Positions 11,693 through 23,520 are shown, numbered from the stretch's first letter. The stretch: 54,105 nucleotides of DNA from Caecitellus pseudoparvulus (GCA_965644315.1 CBFFRQ010000022.1:1-54105); one strand, 5' to 3'. Translations and numbers: made by a program. Notes: generated from the sequence alone by a model not told the origin.

Positions 11693-12383
11693 TCAGCGGT
11701 GCCTACACAGCGTCTTGTTGGTGGTCGGAGCCCTGCTGGTACTGGTCCCCATCCTTGGTCGCGTTTCCGTCTGCTGCAGACATGCCGTAGTACTCCTCAG
11801 TCGCTGGCTGTGCATCTCCGCCTGCGCGCAGAGAGCGGGGAGCAGTTGGGCGTTTGCGGTGCAGTCAGGCCAGCCGGTGGAGGTCGCGGGCACCCAGCAC
11901 GTACCAGCTGCAGTGACCCACAAACCTCCCAATTCAGTGAAGCACTGGTATGTGTACCATGCCATGGGGACCTGTGTGGCGTCGCGGTGCGGCACAGGGC
12001 GAGTTGCGAGGCATCGAAGGTGGGCGTGGGCCGAATTCCGCAACGAGCCACGGCGTTGCGCGCACCTTTGCGAGCAAGTTCAAGATGGTCATGACAACGC
12101 CGAAGCCAGCAGTGCTCAGGTACAGGCTGGGGCCATTTGAGTGCAGGGAGCTGAGCACAGCATTGCCTGAGATGGAGAGCCAGCAGATGTCTGCCACGAC
12201 CGAAACCAGGAGGCCCACGAGGCCGACGAGCAGAGCTCGCGGGATGCGTGTGTACAGCCCGAGGCCCAGGTACAGCGGAAGGATAATGTTGTAGGAAGGC
12301 GTGCCCCCAATGGATGCCAGGATCATCAGCATGGCAGACGCACCCAGCAGCGTGTCTAGGATGGCTTGGTTGGTCCAGGCCAT
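11693..12383 (-). CDS. AGTRAP-like small multi-pass membrane protein
   Basis: Three to four hydrophobic segments. ADICWLSI...FGVVMTILNLLAK is spliced (intron 12065-11972) to VPMAWYTYQCFTELGG, resembling AGTRAP (RFGVGMAILSLLLKP...YRERGG). The 3' end is uncertain. Confidence 0.6.
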
Positions 12384-12545
12384 GCTTGCTGGTGGGGTGC
12401 AAGGCAACTAGGAGGAGGGAGGTGCTCAAGTGGGTGGAGGGGCCAGTGAAAAACACAAGTCGTGGAGTTCATTGAGAGGGAGTGCTTTGTTCAGTTTTGT
12501 CCGTGCCGCAGAGTGGCAGAGGGTGGTGCTCGAGGCAAGGGAGAG

Positions 12546-12977
12546 CTAAACCCCCGCTGCAAGCCTCCTATTTGTGTTCAGCCGCGTAGTCCAGGGCGGC
12601 TGCCAGCCAATTCTTGAAGAACTGGACGCGACTGGTGTCAGAGGAGAGGCTGGGAAGGTGAGCCAAGGCTTGGGTCTCAAAGCAGGCAATGCCCCGAGCA
12701 CAGTGGTGCTGCGCGAGAGCTGCGTTTCGGCATCGCAACGCAGCGTGTAATCCTGCGGCGTGGCGGCGAGCAGTGGCGGGGTGCACTGACCAAGAGTGCT
12801 TGCTTCTGCAGATGGCGGTTCTTCTGCGTGCTGCGCGAACATGAGTTGCGGCCGCCCCTGTGCCGTGCGCAGGAAGGCATCAGCTGGCCGCTCCTCAAAC
12901 CTCAAGCGCTCCTCCTCAAGGTACACGCGCTGGTACCCCGGAGGCAGGTTCAGTGCAGGGCTGCTTTGCTTTGCCAT
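12546..12977 (-). CDS. Hypothetical protein (143 aa)
   Basis: ATG in gccATGG context; the ORF fills the gap between two genes. No family recognised. Confidence 0.35.
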   Translation of the reverse strand: MAKQSSPALNLPPGYQRVYLEEERLRFEERPADAFLRTAQGRPQLMFAQHAEEPPSAEASTLGQCTPPLLAATPQDYTLRCDAETQLSRSTTVLGALPALRPKPWLTFPASPLTPVASSSSRIGWQPPWTTRLNTNRRLAAGV

Positions 12978-13045
12978 GGCGGGAGGTGAAATGGCTGGAG
13001 ATTCCTGCGCTCAGGAACCTTGGACGCATGTTGGTCAAGGTGCAT

Positions 13046-14707
13046 TTATTGGGACGCTGGCGGTGTTGGGTGCAGGAAGGGCAGCACTGCAATGTCGGGC
13101 ACAGCCAGCGTGGACCTCTTGAGCATCACGTCGACTGTCTGACTGGGCCCTCCGCTCGGCAAGAGGAACCAGTCAGCCGTCCAGGCAGCGCCGCCCTGGC
13201 ACCCTTGCAACAGCTGGATGCTGGACGCGACGGCTGGGTCCCCTGACACGTCCACCTCGCTCGGCTGCATGTCCGTCTGCGCACCTTTGAGAGTGGCAAT
13301 GCCGCCTTCTTGCGCCATTTCCTCCACCACTGCCACGGTGTTCCAGCGAATGCCAGCGGCAGCCGCCACGTCCCCGTGCAAGTGGTCTCCGCAGTACCAG
13401 ATGGAGTCAGCGACGGGCGAAGGCGTTGAGACAGCGGCGGGGGTGCCGTCGGTGGCAGGGCTCACGGCATCTTCCATGGCATCCTGCAGCCCCTCTGCAA
13501 TGGGGTTGGGGTGTGCGCCGTGCTGCCCTGCCACGTGGCCCCCTGCGCTGAGAACTGTGCCGTCCTGCGCCAACTGCACCGTGACGGGGCCGCCGCCGTC
13601 GCCTGCCTGCTGCAGGCCAGCCACCCACGCCTCCACCAGGGACGCCGAGCCGTTCACGTACAGCTGTGTGGAAGGCAGGGACACGGATGTCACCGCTTCA
13701 CCCGCCCGTGCGCCGGCGGCGTCAGGGCGACACAGGGGGGCCACTTTTGTGAAGAAGGCGCCTTTGCAGGCGTCCATGATGATCAAATCGAAGCACTCCC
13801 GCCAGTCCTGCCCCAGCGTGAAGGCGAGGAGGAACTGGGCAAACTCCAAGCAGGAATTGGTGGCCAGGAAGGTGTGCTGGCCCCTGTGACGGCGGCGCTT
13901 CAGCCATGTCGCGAGGGCGGGGCGTGGCAGCAGGTACGCCTCGGGGTGGTCCTGCAACGCAGGAAAGAAGGTGCCCCTGCGTGGTGTGAAGGCGTCCACG
14001 TTGTTGAACTCGTGCTCGAACGCCGCAAACAAGTCTGCAGCAAGGAATTCATACCCCGAGTCGCCGTCGCTTCGGCTGGGCGGCTGCCAGGTAGAGTCGG
14101 CGAGCTGCACTGCGTGCGCGAGCAGGGCCGCTGCGGGAATATCAAAGTAGGTGAGGAAGACGAGGAAGGCGGGGTGCCGGCGCATGGCGCGCAGATCGTC
14201 AAAGTGCTGCCAGGGCGCTTCTCCATACAGCTCAGCTATGGCGGTGTCCGGCAGGCTCGCCAGGCCGTGCCATGCCTGCGCGACGCGGCCTTGGGCGTCC
14301 AGGCGCAGCAAGTTCCCTGAGCTGAACTCAAACACGATGCCCTTGCACTGCAGGTCCACGCGAGCATCAGCTTTGGACAGACTGGCTGGCCAGGCCTTGT
14401 GCTCCACGAGGAAAGCAGCCAAACCACGGAAGATGAGCTCGCTCAGGGCTGGCCGGGTGTACCGCGCAAGGCAGTGATCTGTTGGGCAGCGTGAGCGCAG
14501 GCATTGCTGAGCAGCGAGCAGGCGCTGGCTCGCACGCAACCCACCCAAGTCGAAGCCAATGACACGCGCATCTCGGAAGTCTGCGCCTTTACGAGTCAGT
14601 GCTGCCACGCTCGTCAGACCAGGGGCTGCTGTGGCCGCCATGGCGTGGCAGGCGTGTCGAGGAAGCGTGCGGAATGCGGAAATCGCGCAGCGTGCCCGGC
14701 CCAGCAT
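13046..14707 (-). CDS. NT5DC1: 5'-nucleotidase domain-containing protein (NT5DC1-like, HAD superfamily)
   Basis: Removing an in-frame 66-nt intron (14544-14479) restores HAD motif I, IGFDLDHCLARY. Also present: FLATNS (motif II), ACKGAFF, YCGDHLHGDV (motif IV) and WNTVAVVEE. Confidence 0.88.
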   Translation of the reverse strand: MLGRARCAISAFRTLPRHACHAMAATAAPGLTSVAALTRKGADFRDARVIGFDLGGLRASQRLLAAQQCLRSRCPTDHCLARYTRPALSELIFRGLAAFLVEHKAWPASLSKADARVDLQCKGIVFEFSSGNLLRLDAQGRVAQAWHGLASLPDTAIAELYGEAPWQHFDDLRAMRRHPAFLVFLTYFDIPAAALLAHAVQLADSTWQPPSRSDGDSGYEFLAADLFAAFEHEFNNVDAFTPRRGTFFPALQDHPEAYLLPRPALATWLKRRRHRGQHTFLATNSCLEFAQFLLAFTLGQDWRECFDLIIMDACKGAFFTKVAPLCRPDAAGARAGEAVTSVSLPSTQLYVNGSASLVEAWVAGLQQAGDGGGPVTVQLAQDGTVLSAGGHVAGQHGAHPNPIAEGLQDAMEDAVSPATDGTPAAVSTPSPVADSIWYCGDHLHGDVAAAAGIRWNTVAVVEEMAQEGGIATLKGAQTDMQPSEVDVSGDPAVASSIQLLQGCQGGAAWTADWFLLPSGGPSQTVDVMLKRSTLAVPDIAVLPFLHPTPPASQ

Positions 14708-14844
14708 GAGCCGTCTTGCGTCCGTAGTGACGAGAAGGAGGTGTGTGGTGGAGAGAAGGAATGCTGGGAATGTGCAAAATCTGTGGATTTGAGCAGGTGC
14801 AGACTGTGCCGTCTGAGCACGGCACCCAACGCGTGTGCATCACG

Positions 14845-16960
14845 CTACCCAAGCAACGTGTCCTGTTCGCCGCCAGCATCAGAAGCATCCCCTGGCGGCG
14901 AGTAGGAGGAGGCACCCGACCCTAGGCTGTCCGCCAGGGCGGCGTCTCCATCTTCGTCGCTGGTCGCGGGCACTGGCACCGCGAGCGGCAGGCCACCCTT
15001 CTTGCGCACTGGGGGCGGGCCATGTGGCGCCAGGTCCACTCCGGCTGGGGACCCCGCCGCGGCCGTGCCATCCAGCAGCCGCGTGAGGTCTGCCGCGTCG
15101 TCGTCCTCGATGCCCAGGGTGCCACCGCCTGCCCCCTGCAGGTCCAGCTTGCCCCGTGCCGCCGCCAGACGCAGCTTGCTGAAGCGCACCGAGTACAGGA
15201 AGTAGATAACGAGGCCGACGAGGGTCCAGGCGCCCAGGCGAAGCCAGGCAGAGGGGTCCAGCCCCGCCATCATGACCAGGTTCACGGCAATGCCCAGGCA
15301 GGGCACGAAGGGCACGGCGGGGCACTGGAAGGTGGGCGGCACGTTCACGGGGGGAAACGCCCACCACATGTACAGGCACAGGGCCAGCGCTGCGACGGCC
15401 AGGGCCACCGTGACGCCCAGGGGGAAGCCCGAGTGGAAGCCCACGCCCGCCATGAAGCAGCAGAGGCAGAAGGCACCCATGGCCCCGAACAACTGGGGCC
15501 CATTGTTCCGGCTACGGCCACGCAGGATGACCACCCCCGCATCCACGATGGTGAAGGCGAAGAGCGTGCCGACGCTGATGGCGTCGGCAAGGGCCTCCAG
15601 GGACACGAAGAAGGCGATGGCGGCGGTGATGGCGCCGGTGATGAGGGTGCCTGCCACGGGGACGTAGTTGGCGTTGAGCTGGGAAAAGAGCGGGAACAGT
15701 AGGCCATCCGCTGACATGCGGTAGAAGACACGGGGCTGGCCCAGGAGGCAGGTGAAGGTGGCGGTGGTGAGGCCGAAGATGGAGCCCACTGTGACGATGT
15801 AGGAGGCCCACTCCATGCCGGCCTTGCGGAAGGCGTAGGCGAGGGGGGCGGGCTGCTCCGCCAGCGCCGTGAAGGGCACCATGCCCGTGACCACCAGGCA
15901 CACGGCGACGTAGATGACACCAGAGATGGCCAGGGAGCCGATGATGCCGATGGGCATGTCGCGCTGGGGCTTCTTGACCTCCTCCGCCAGGCTGGACACC
16001 ATGTCGAAGCCCAGGAAGCTGAAGAAGACGACGCCGGCCCCCGACACGATGCTGGCAGGGCCGTACGGCACGAAGCTGTCGTTCACCACCGTCCAGTTGT
16101 CCGTGTCCACTGTCGTGGCGCCGGCGACGACGACGAAGGTGAGGATGAGCACGTTCAGGATGGTGATGACGACGTTCATGGTGCTGCTCTCCTTGATGCC
16201 CACCAGCATCACCCCCGAGCACAGCAGCACGATGAGGGCTGCGAAGATGGACAGCTGGAAGTCCTCACTGAGCGGGATGGTGGCCAGCCAGGAGGGCATG
16301 TGCACGCCGAAGGTGCCCCACAGCGTCAGCCAGTAGTCAGCCCAGCTGCGGGCGATGGCTGCTGCGGAGATGGCGTACTCCAGCGTCAAGTTCCACCCAA
16401 TCATCCACGCTGCCAGCTCGCCGAAAGACGTGTACGCGTACGTGTACGCGGAGCCGGCAATGGGCACGCGGGCAGCGAATTCAGAGTAAGAGAGGCCTGT
16501 GAAAATACAGGCCACAGCCCCCAACAAGAAGGAAAAGAGCAGGGAGGGTCCTGGGCGTGTGCGAGGGACGGCGCAGTGTGGGTGGGCGGACCGAATTCCG
16601 CAGGCCTCCGCCGCGCACCTGCCACCTTGACCCCTGGGCCGATGAGAGAGTAGATGCCGGCACCTGGGCGGAAATGAGTGTATGTGAAGGTTGGGCCGCG
16701 CACGTGCCTTGCCGGCCCGCGCCTGGACACTCACCAACAGTGCAGCCGACGCCATACCCAATGAGGTCGATGATGCCCAGAGTCTTCTTCAGGGACACGC
16801 CGTCAGGGTCACTCTTCTCCTCTGCCGTGCGCTCCTTGAGCAGGTCCTGCACCGGCTTCAACCGCAGCAAGTTCGCCATGGAGTACATGTCGCAGGAGAA
16901 GGCCGTGGAGGCACGGCGCGACCCCATGAGTGGCGTGGCGGTGGCATCCACGCCCGCCAT
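14845..16960 (-). CDS. Cationic amino-acid transporter (APC superfamily, CAT/SLC7-like)
   Basis: LKKTLGIIDLIGYGVGCTVG|AGIYSLIG..VAG|PSLLFSF after introns 16734-16664 and 16618-16551. Further motifs: YSEFAARVPIAGSAYTY, GWNLTLEY, FFSFLGFD..AEEVKKPQRDMPIGI and FQCPAVPFVP. Confidence 0.95.
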
Positions 16961-17220
16961 GCTGCCTGGCGCTGGCGAGGCCCGTGGTGCAGAGCGGTCA
17001 CCGGCGTGGATTCAGGGAGGAGCCAGGGCACATGCAGGGAAGGACAGGTACGAGTGGGGAAGGGGCGCCACGTGCTGCACACCGTGGGCGTGCTGGGCTC
17101 GCTGGGGCGTTGGTGTGGCGAATTGTGCTCACGTAGCCCAAGTGCCGGGGCGCGTGGTGGGTGCCGCAACGCCAATCAGGCGCCACCCACCCGCAAGACC
17201 AGCCAGTGTGAAGCTCAGGC

Positions 17221-19038
17221 TCACCCCGTCTTCTCAGCAGCTGGCTCACCTTCGCTCAGGGGTGAGCGGGGGGACACCGGTGCGGGCTGGACGCCGCCTC
17301 GGCCGTGCGGCTGGTCAGGCCCTTGCTCCCTGGCCAGCGACGCACGGTGCGCAGTGCCTGGCCCAAGCCGTGTCTGGGAGTGCGCGAGGCCGCCTGTTGC
17401 GCCTGGGCCATGCGTTGCCCCGTGCCGCTGGCCCTGTGCAGGTGCCAGGGGAGCGCGGAAGCGGTGCCCGCCTGGCCCGCGGTTTGCTGGGGCAGGAGCC
17501 CATCCTGCCGTGGGGTCCGGGGGCAGGACAAAGTGCAGGATCGGCTCCCATGCACCTGCGGTGTGCAGGGCCATCCCGACAGCGCCCAGGCCGGCGAGGA
17601 AGAACACTGTGGAGAAGCCCAGAACACCCACCGCTGCGGAGAGCAGGAAGAAGTGGTGCAGCCAGTAGGACAGGCCCGTGAGCTGTGCCTGGATGACCAG
17701 GCGCCCCGCTACGACTGGGACGGCAGGGGTGGACACGTGCGCTGTCAGGTGGGCGAGGGGCGTGTCCACCGTCTCCACCCAGGACTCGAAGCAGGTGGCG
17801 GCCAGGGTGGTGGTGTCCGCCACCAGCCCCAGCAGCACAGGCACCAGAGTGACCGCCTCTCGTGCCGCCATGGCGAGGTCGGAGTAATACGGCAGGGCAA
17901 GGGGCTGGCTGCAGTGCCCCAGGGGGGGCGCGCCGCCCCTCCCTGCCAGGGTGACGTCCAGCATGAACGTGCCCACATCGCGCACAGCCCTTGTCACTGG
18001 CACGTCCAACTCCACCTGCAGTGTGTACCCCTGCCCTGGGACCAGCAGCCGCTGCGCATCCACCCCTGCCGTGTCCGCACCAGGCAGGGCCCAGGTGCGG
18101 CGGCGGGTGAGCAGGTTCACCCGGGCTGTTGGGCGCCGACGCCGGGCCAGGGCCTCTGCGGTGGCCTGCGCCAAGGCCGCCGCTTGCTGTGCCTGAGACG
18201 TCGCCGCTTGCAGCATGTCCAGGGTGGAGGACGCGTGCAGGCCCCCTCCGAGGGGGGACGCACCCCCCCCTCGCCCAACCGAGCTTGTGGATCCCCCCTG
18301 CACAGTGTCTTGTGCAGAGCCCCAGTCTGCCCCCTCCCTGCTCTGGTCGCTTCCCAGCAACCATGATACCCATGAGGTCTCTTGTGTGGGCGTCTCTATC
18401 TCACGCCCCGCCTCTGTGCTTGCGGGCGCTGCCTGGACACGGGCCTCCAGCAGGACTGGGGTGCCGTCCGGGTCCACTTGGGCGGCTTGGACCTGGGGGT
18501 CAGATGGACTGCTCGTCGGCAATGTGGAGTCAGGCCTTTCATCTGGTGCAGCAGCGGCAGCGGCAGCGGCAGTGGTGCTGGGTTGAGGGGGCTGGCTCGA
18601 GTCGCCTGGCGGGCACTGCACTGCCTGCTGCCGCAGTGGGCGCAGGGCATCGGCGACCTCGGCCCGCACAGAGGCAAGCAGAGCCTGCACAGCATCAGGC
18701 GCCACCCCTGGGGCGGGGTTGGGTGCGCCTGCGGCCCAGGCGGTGCCCAGTGCCTCGGCAGCAGCCACCTTGGCTGCCGAGTCCGAGGCTGCTGAGAACA
18801 GCTGCGCCTGGAACGCACCAGTGGCTGCGAGGTGCTGCTGCGCCAGCTCCACCGTGTGGGCGTCGGACACGTTGAAGTACAGGGGGAACGAGTGCAGCGT
18901 CGTCGGCATCACGGCGTAGTGCAGGAGGGAGAAGGAGGCAGCGCCAGCCACCAAGCTGCCTGCCAGCAAAGCCGTCACTACGCACGACACAGCACACAGC
19001 ACGGTGAGGAGACGGAGGAAAATTCCACAGCTCTGCAT
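17221..19038 (-). CDS. Seipin (BSCL2 / adipose-regulatory protein family)
   Basis: N-terminal TM followed by HSFPLYFN, then LLVPGQGYTLQVELDVP..RDVGTFML, LPYYSDL and IQAQLTGLSYWLHHFFLLSAAVGV before the second TM. A long low-complexity insert lies in the lumenal domain. Confidence 0.85.
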   Translation of the reverse strand: MQSCGIFLRLLTVLCAVSCVVTALLAGSLVAGAASFSLLHYAVMPTTLHSFPLYFNVSDAHTVELAQQHLAATGAFQAQLFSAASDSAAKVAAAEALGTAWAAGAPNPAPGVAPDAVQALLASVRAEVADALRPLRQQAVQCPPGDSSQPPQPSTTAAAAAAAAPDERPDSTLPTSSPSDPQVQAAQVDPDGTPVLLEARVQAAPASTEAGREIETPTQETSWVSWLLGSDQSREGADWGSAQDTVQGGSTSSVGRGGGASPLGGGLHASSTLDMLQAATSQAQQAAALAQATAEALARRRRPTARVNLLTRRRTWALPGADTAGVDAQRLLVPGQGYTLQVELDVPVTRAVRDVGTFMLDVTLAGRGGAPPLGHCSQPLALPYYSDLAMAAREAVTLVPVLLGLVADTTTLAATCFESWVETVDTPLAHLTAHVSTPAVPVVAGRLVIQAQLTGLSYWLHHFFLLSAAVGVLGFSTVFFLAGLGAVGMALHTAGAWEPILHFVLPPDPTAGWAPAPANRGPGGHRFRAPLAPAQGQRHGATHGPGATGGLAHSQTRLGPGTAHRASLAREQGPDQPHGRGGVQPAPVSPRSPLSEGEPAAEKTG

Positions 19039-19589
19039 AGTGGGCGGGTTATGTCGCGTGCTAGCCGCCGTGGGTTGCCCAGGCTGTGCGATGGCGTCTC
19101 ACAAGGGCTGCTGCGGAAATTGGCGCCTCCACGGCATCTCGCAACGCGACCTCGTAGGGCTTCCACAGTCCCTTCAGCTGCGCGGGAAGCAGAGTCAGGT
19201 ACAATGCATCAAAAGCGAAGTTCTGCCTCCGGATCCACCCCCCCCTTTCTGCATGTCGAGCCCGGCACAGCCGCTCAGGAACCACGCACAAATTCCATCC
19301 TGGCCCTCGAATGCACCTGACCATGTCACAGACACCCAAGCTTGAAGAACGGGCTCAAGGGCCAAATCCTCAACCCTACTGCAAGTCAGCAGTGCGGCTT
19401 CCGGATCACCAAGCAGTTTGTTTCTGCCGCAGGCGTGCAAGTGTAGTGGCTCACGAGTCAAGAGGGGAGAGTCTCCAACTTGACAGACGCCGCTTGCATT
19501 GGCCCGAAAGGTCCTAGGAGCCCACAGCAGCACAGCAAAGTCAGGGTCACTGGCCTGACAGCACGCACTCCACACACGAAAGCCACACT

Positions 19590-21580
19590 TCACACCACCG
19601 GCTCTTCATAGCCCTCGCCGACGTCGAACTCGTTCACGTGCGCCAGGCTTCCACGCACCTGCTTCGAGGGCCGCATGAGCGGGTTCACCGTCTCCCGGCG
19701 CACCATGTCATGCCCCTCGCCCGGCGCAGACGGCAATTCAAAGGCGTCCTCCCCCTCCTCCTCACCCCCCCCCTTGCCCTTGCCCCCCTTGCCGCTGCGG
19801 AACCACTGCGGCCGCAGCCACATGGCCACGCCCAACCCCACTAGACACAGCACGATGAGGGTGCCCACGACAATGCCCACGACCTGCCCTGGTGGCAGGC
19901 CTGCCGGGTCGGTGGGCTTGGCGGCGGGGGCGGGGGGAGGGGTGTGCTGGGGGCGGATGGGGAGACACTGGGTGTCTGCGTCACTGAGGCGGTGGGGGAG
20001 GGCGAGGGTGTGGTGCTGGGCGTGGTGGTTGGGGTGGGCGTGACGGTTGGGGTGGGGCGTGTCGCTCGCCCCAGCAGCACTGCCGCCGCCCCCGTCCTCG
20101 TGGTGTTGGGCTCGATCACCGTGGCCACCGCCCCCGCCAGTACGTCATCATAGCCATCCCCGTTCACATCTCCCACGCCTGCCAGGGCACTGCCCAGGCC
20201 TGCCATCCACTGCGACGACGAAGCTGTGGGTGGGCCCAAGTTGAACCCAGTTGTCGGCAGTAGTTGCGACACGTTGACGACCAGCTGGGCCCATCCATCC
20301 CGCCCGTACAGCGCCAGCACCAGGCCCGAAGCATTGCCCGGCACTGGGTGGGCGGGGTAGCCCAGCAGAATGTCGCTGATGCCGTCAGCGTTGAGGTCTG
20401 CGCCGCTTCCCAGGGTAGCCCCCAGCGTGACTGGCTCCGCACTGCCAGCGGGGGGGTGCAGCACCAGGCCTGAGCCGGCAGTCAAACTGCCGACGCTCAG
20501 GGAAGGCGGGAGGGAGGCGCCGCCAAACAGCACGAACACGACGCCAAGCGCGTCTGCCACAGCCACATCGCCCAGGCCGTCACCTGACACATCGCCGAAG
20601 CTGGCGACACTGGCGCCAAGCCCCTGCGACGTCTTGTTGCCGGTGAGAATGAGTGTGTGGCCGGGGGAGGGCGGGTTCACTGCCATGCTGTTGTTCCACT
20701 GCGCTGCAGGGCGGCCCCAAAACACCACCAGCGCGCCGGCTTGCACGGCTGTCGGGGTGGCGTGCGCCGGCGCACCCAGCACCGCGTCAGCAACGCCGTC
20801 GCCGTTCACGTCAGGCCCACCAGCCACTGCACTGCCCAGTGCCGCGAGACCGTGCAGGGCTGAAGCAAGGGGCAGTTGCAACGTGTCCAAGTCGCTGCTG
20901 CTCGCAAATGTGCCCCCTGCGGCGCCGAACACGACGTGCACGGTGCCTTGCGTTGCGGGGTCAAATTGCGCCGAAGCGGGGGAGCCCACGAGCAAGTCTT
21001 GCCGCCCGTCGACATTCAAATCGCCAGTGAAGGAAATGGAAGTCCCAGCAAGTGCGCTGGGTGCACCCTTCAGCCGGAAGCCGTTGTTGCCGTTCAGCGC
21101 GTTCAGGGAGATGCTGGAGGGCAGCGCGTGAATGCCGCCGCCGTACAGCACAAACACCTCCCCTCGCTGGCTGTCTGCGGTGGGCGCGGCGGCACAGACA
21201 TCTGAAAAACCGTCTTTGTTCAAGTCGCCACCGCCTGCCACCCGCGTCAGCGGGCCGCTGCCCGGCAGGCCCGGCATGGCGAAGCCTGTCGTGGCTGACG
21301 CCGCTCGGCTCGCGGCCGGCACACTGCTGCCGTCGAACGGCAGCCCTCCGCCGTACGCCGCATACACGATGCCATTGCCCTCTGCCGACAGCAGGAGCAA
21401 GTCTCGCTGTCCATCTTTGTTGATGTCGCCGCCCGGGGCCAGCGCGCTGCCCAGGCTGCTGTGGCTGGCACTGCCAGTCAATTGCAAGTTGAAAGTCACT
21501 TGCGGAAGGGCGGAAGCCAGCCTTGTGCAGCCAAGCAATACGGCAGCACAGAGCAGCCTCCCACGCCAGGCACAGCGCAT
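19590..21580 (-). CDS. FG-GAP / integrin-alpha beta-propeller cell-surface protein with PT-rich stalk and TM (one frameshift)
   Basis: Signal peptide, seven GD(I/L/V)NxDG..D-type repeats (one GDVSGDG), and a TPTPT linker. The TM (VVGIVVGTLIVLCLVGLGVAMWL) and tail lie in another frame; one extra C in the C-run near 19935 joins them. Confidence 0.85.
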
Positions 21581-22008
21581 GGAGGGTGAAATACTATGAC
21601 TGTTTGCAGCAATCATGGCCGTGTGCGGTGTGCAGGTTTCCCTGGCACGCCCGCTCGCCAACTGCACAGGAGCGTGAGGTGTCGCTGCGACAGACCTCGC
21701 CGTGCGAATGCCGCCCGGCCTCAAGAACCACGGCAAATGCCTGAGAGACAGGTGCCTGACAAGGAAAATAGAGCTCTTAACAAGCCCGCGCCGGGGCCTG
21801 CACAAGAGCAAGCGTGCCCAGTGCAGCGTGTTGTGAATTGTTTGCTGGTCCGCGTGGTGTTGCTCGAGTCAGTCGGCCTGGCGTCGGGCACAGCAACCTC
21901 CCCTGCTGCAGCAAGGCCCACACCATGCCTGCACCCTAAACGCGCGCTCTTTTCCCCTTCCTGGGTTGCACAGCGGGCTCTACCCTCGTGAGTGCGCCCC
22001 GTCCCGCC

Positions 22009-22648
22009 TCACACCTGCCCGTCCCCTGGCGCGTCCATGCCCGGGAAACGCGACACCTGTGCCAGTGTCGTGAGGTGGTGCACGCCGGCAGGCAGCAGGG
22101 CGCCGCCAATGCTCCACGTGGGCACTGACGTCACACCCGCCGCTCGGCACTCGTCGGCATACTTGCCACAGTCCACGAACGGCACCGTGTCGGCATGCAA
22201 GCCCAGAAGCACGCGCTGTGTGCGGGTGTGGGGGCAGTCCTCCTTGCCGTACAGCCGTGCACCAGAGCTCTTCAAGTGCTCTGCCACCGCCTGCACCGTG
22301 CGCACTGCGTGGGCGAAGGCAGCCTTGGGCTGTGCACCCTCCACACGCAGGCTGGACACCTGGGTGGTGGGGGTGTACTGGATGTTCTGCGCGCCACACA
22401 GGGCGTTCTCCTTGGTGCTGCCATCACACTGAATGTAGTGGATGCCGGCCATCACCGTCTCGCCCAGCTCCTGCTTCTGCCTGGCAACGGCAGGGCACCT
22501 GAGGGGGAGCAGCGGAAATTGGCTGCGACAAGGTGAGCGGCGCGCCCTCGCTCTAGCGCCAGGGCACGCACGTGCTGGTGCCAAACATGGAGGTTCCAAG
22601 TGCCTCTAACTCGTCCCGCAATCGCTCGTCGGACATCTGCTCCGCCAT
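22009..22648 (-). CDS. Double thioredoxin-fold protein (VKOR/LTO1-type Trx domains), paralog 1
   Basis: Spliced (intron 22571-22499) MFGTSTCPAVARQKQELG..YIQCD..C..TPT. Second domain LYGKEDCPHTRTQ..FVDC..ECRAAGVTSVPTWSIGG resembles the cyanobacterial VKOR Trx domain pattern (YGAxWCPHC..QK..FG..YVEC..C..GI.SYPTW). Confidence 0.8.
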
Positions 22649-22870
22649 GACGAGGGGGCAGCTGTAAGTGTGGGCAGTGCGGAAATCACTTGTGCATCCA
22701 CTGCACGCAGTCGGGGGTGCCGCAGGCAGATCAAGCGCACAGCGGGCATGGGTACTGCGTTGAATAGTAAACACTGAAGTGTAGCGAATTATCGTCTGCG
22801 ATTGTGCCTCCCAAGCTTTAGTGCATTGCTGTAGGCCAGTGCGTGGCCCGCACCCCCTTGCCCGCCAGCG

Positions 22871-23520
22871 TCACTCGGCGGCATCCACCACCTCCACGCC
22901 CGGCATGCGAGACACCTTGGCGAGACGACTGAGGGACATGTACCCTGGCAGCATGGCACCCCCTATGTTCCAGGCAGGGTACTCATTCACGCCTGCTGCG
23001 TCGCACTTGGCTTCCTGTGCCGGCCCTGCGTCACACTGCACATACGGCACAGTGTCCGCATGGGGGCCGAAGATAGCGCGCTGGCGGGTGGTCCAGCCGC
23101 ACCAGGACGTGCCGTACAGCACAGCGCCTGCATCAGCCAGGTGCTGTGCGACGAGGGCCGGCACGGTGAGGGCGTGGTGCAGGTCTGTGCGGTCCAGCGC
23201 GCCCTGGTACACCTCCATGCCAACCAGTGTGGTGGGGGTGGCGGAAATGTTCAGGTCGCGGCACAGGGCCTGATCCTCTGCGCTGCCGTCACACTGCACG
23301 AACTGCACGCCCTGCATGACCGTCTCGCCCAGCGAGCTGACCTGCGTCGCTGTCGCTTCGCAGCTGTGATGGAGGACGTGGGGGAGCGTGCTTGGCTATT
23401 CAACAGTTCAGCGCCTGTGCGATAGCAGTGCGGCACTCACTCGGAGGAGCCGAACATGTATACACCCTGCGCCTTGGCGCGATCACGGAGCTGCTCAGGG
23501 CTCCCTTCTTCCGCAGCCAT
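22871..23520 (-). CDS. Double thioredoxin-fold protein, paralog 2
   Basis: Intron 23440-23364 is at the same position as in paralog 1. Domain 1 reads MFGSSDCEATATQ..FVQCD; domain 2 reads LYGTSWCGWTTRQRAIFG..YVQCD..KCDAAGVNEYPAWNIGG. Confidence 0.8.

Noticed and set aside
23425-23445. TGA after MFGSSE as selenocysteine in the thioredoxin gene
   Set aside because: It is part of a GTGAGT splice donor; splicing restores D-C-E-A-T at the same intron position as in the paralog.
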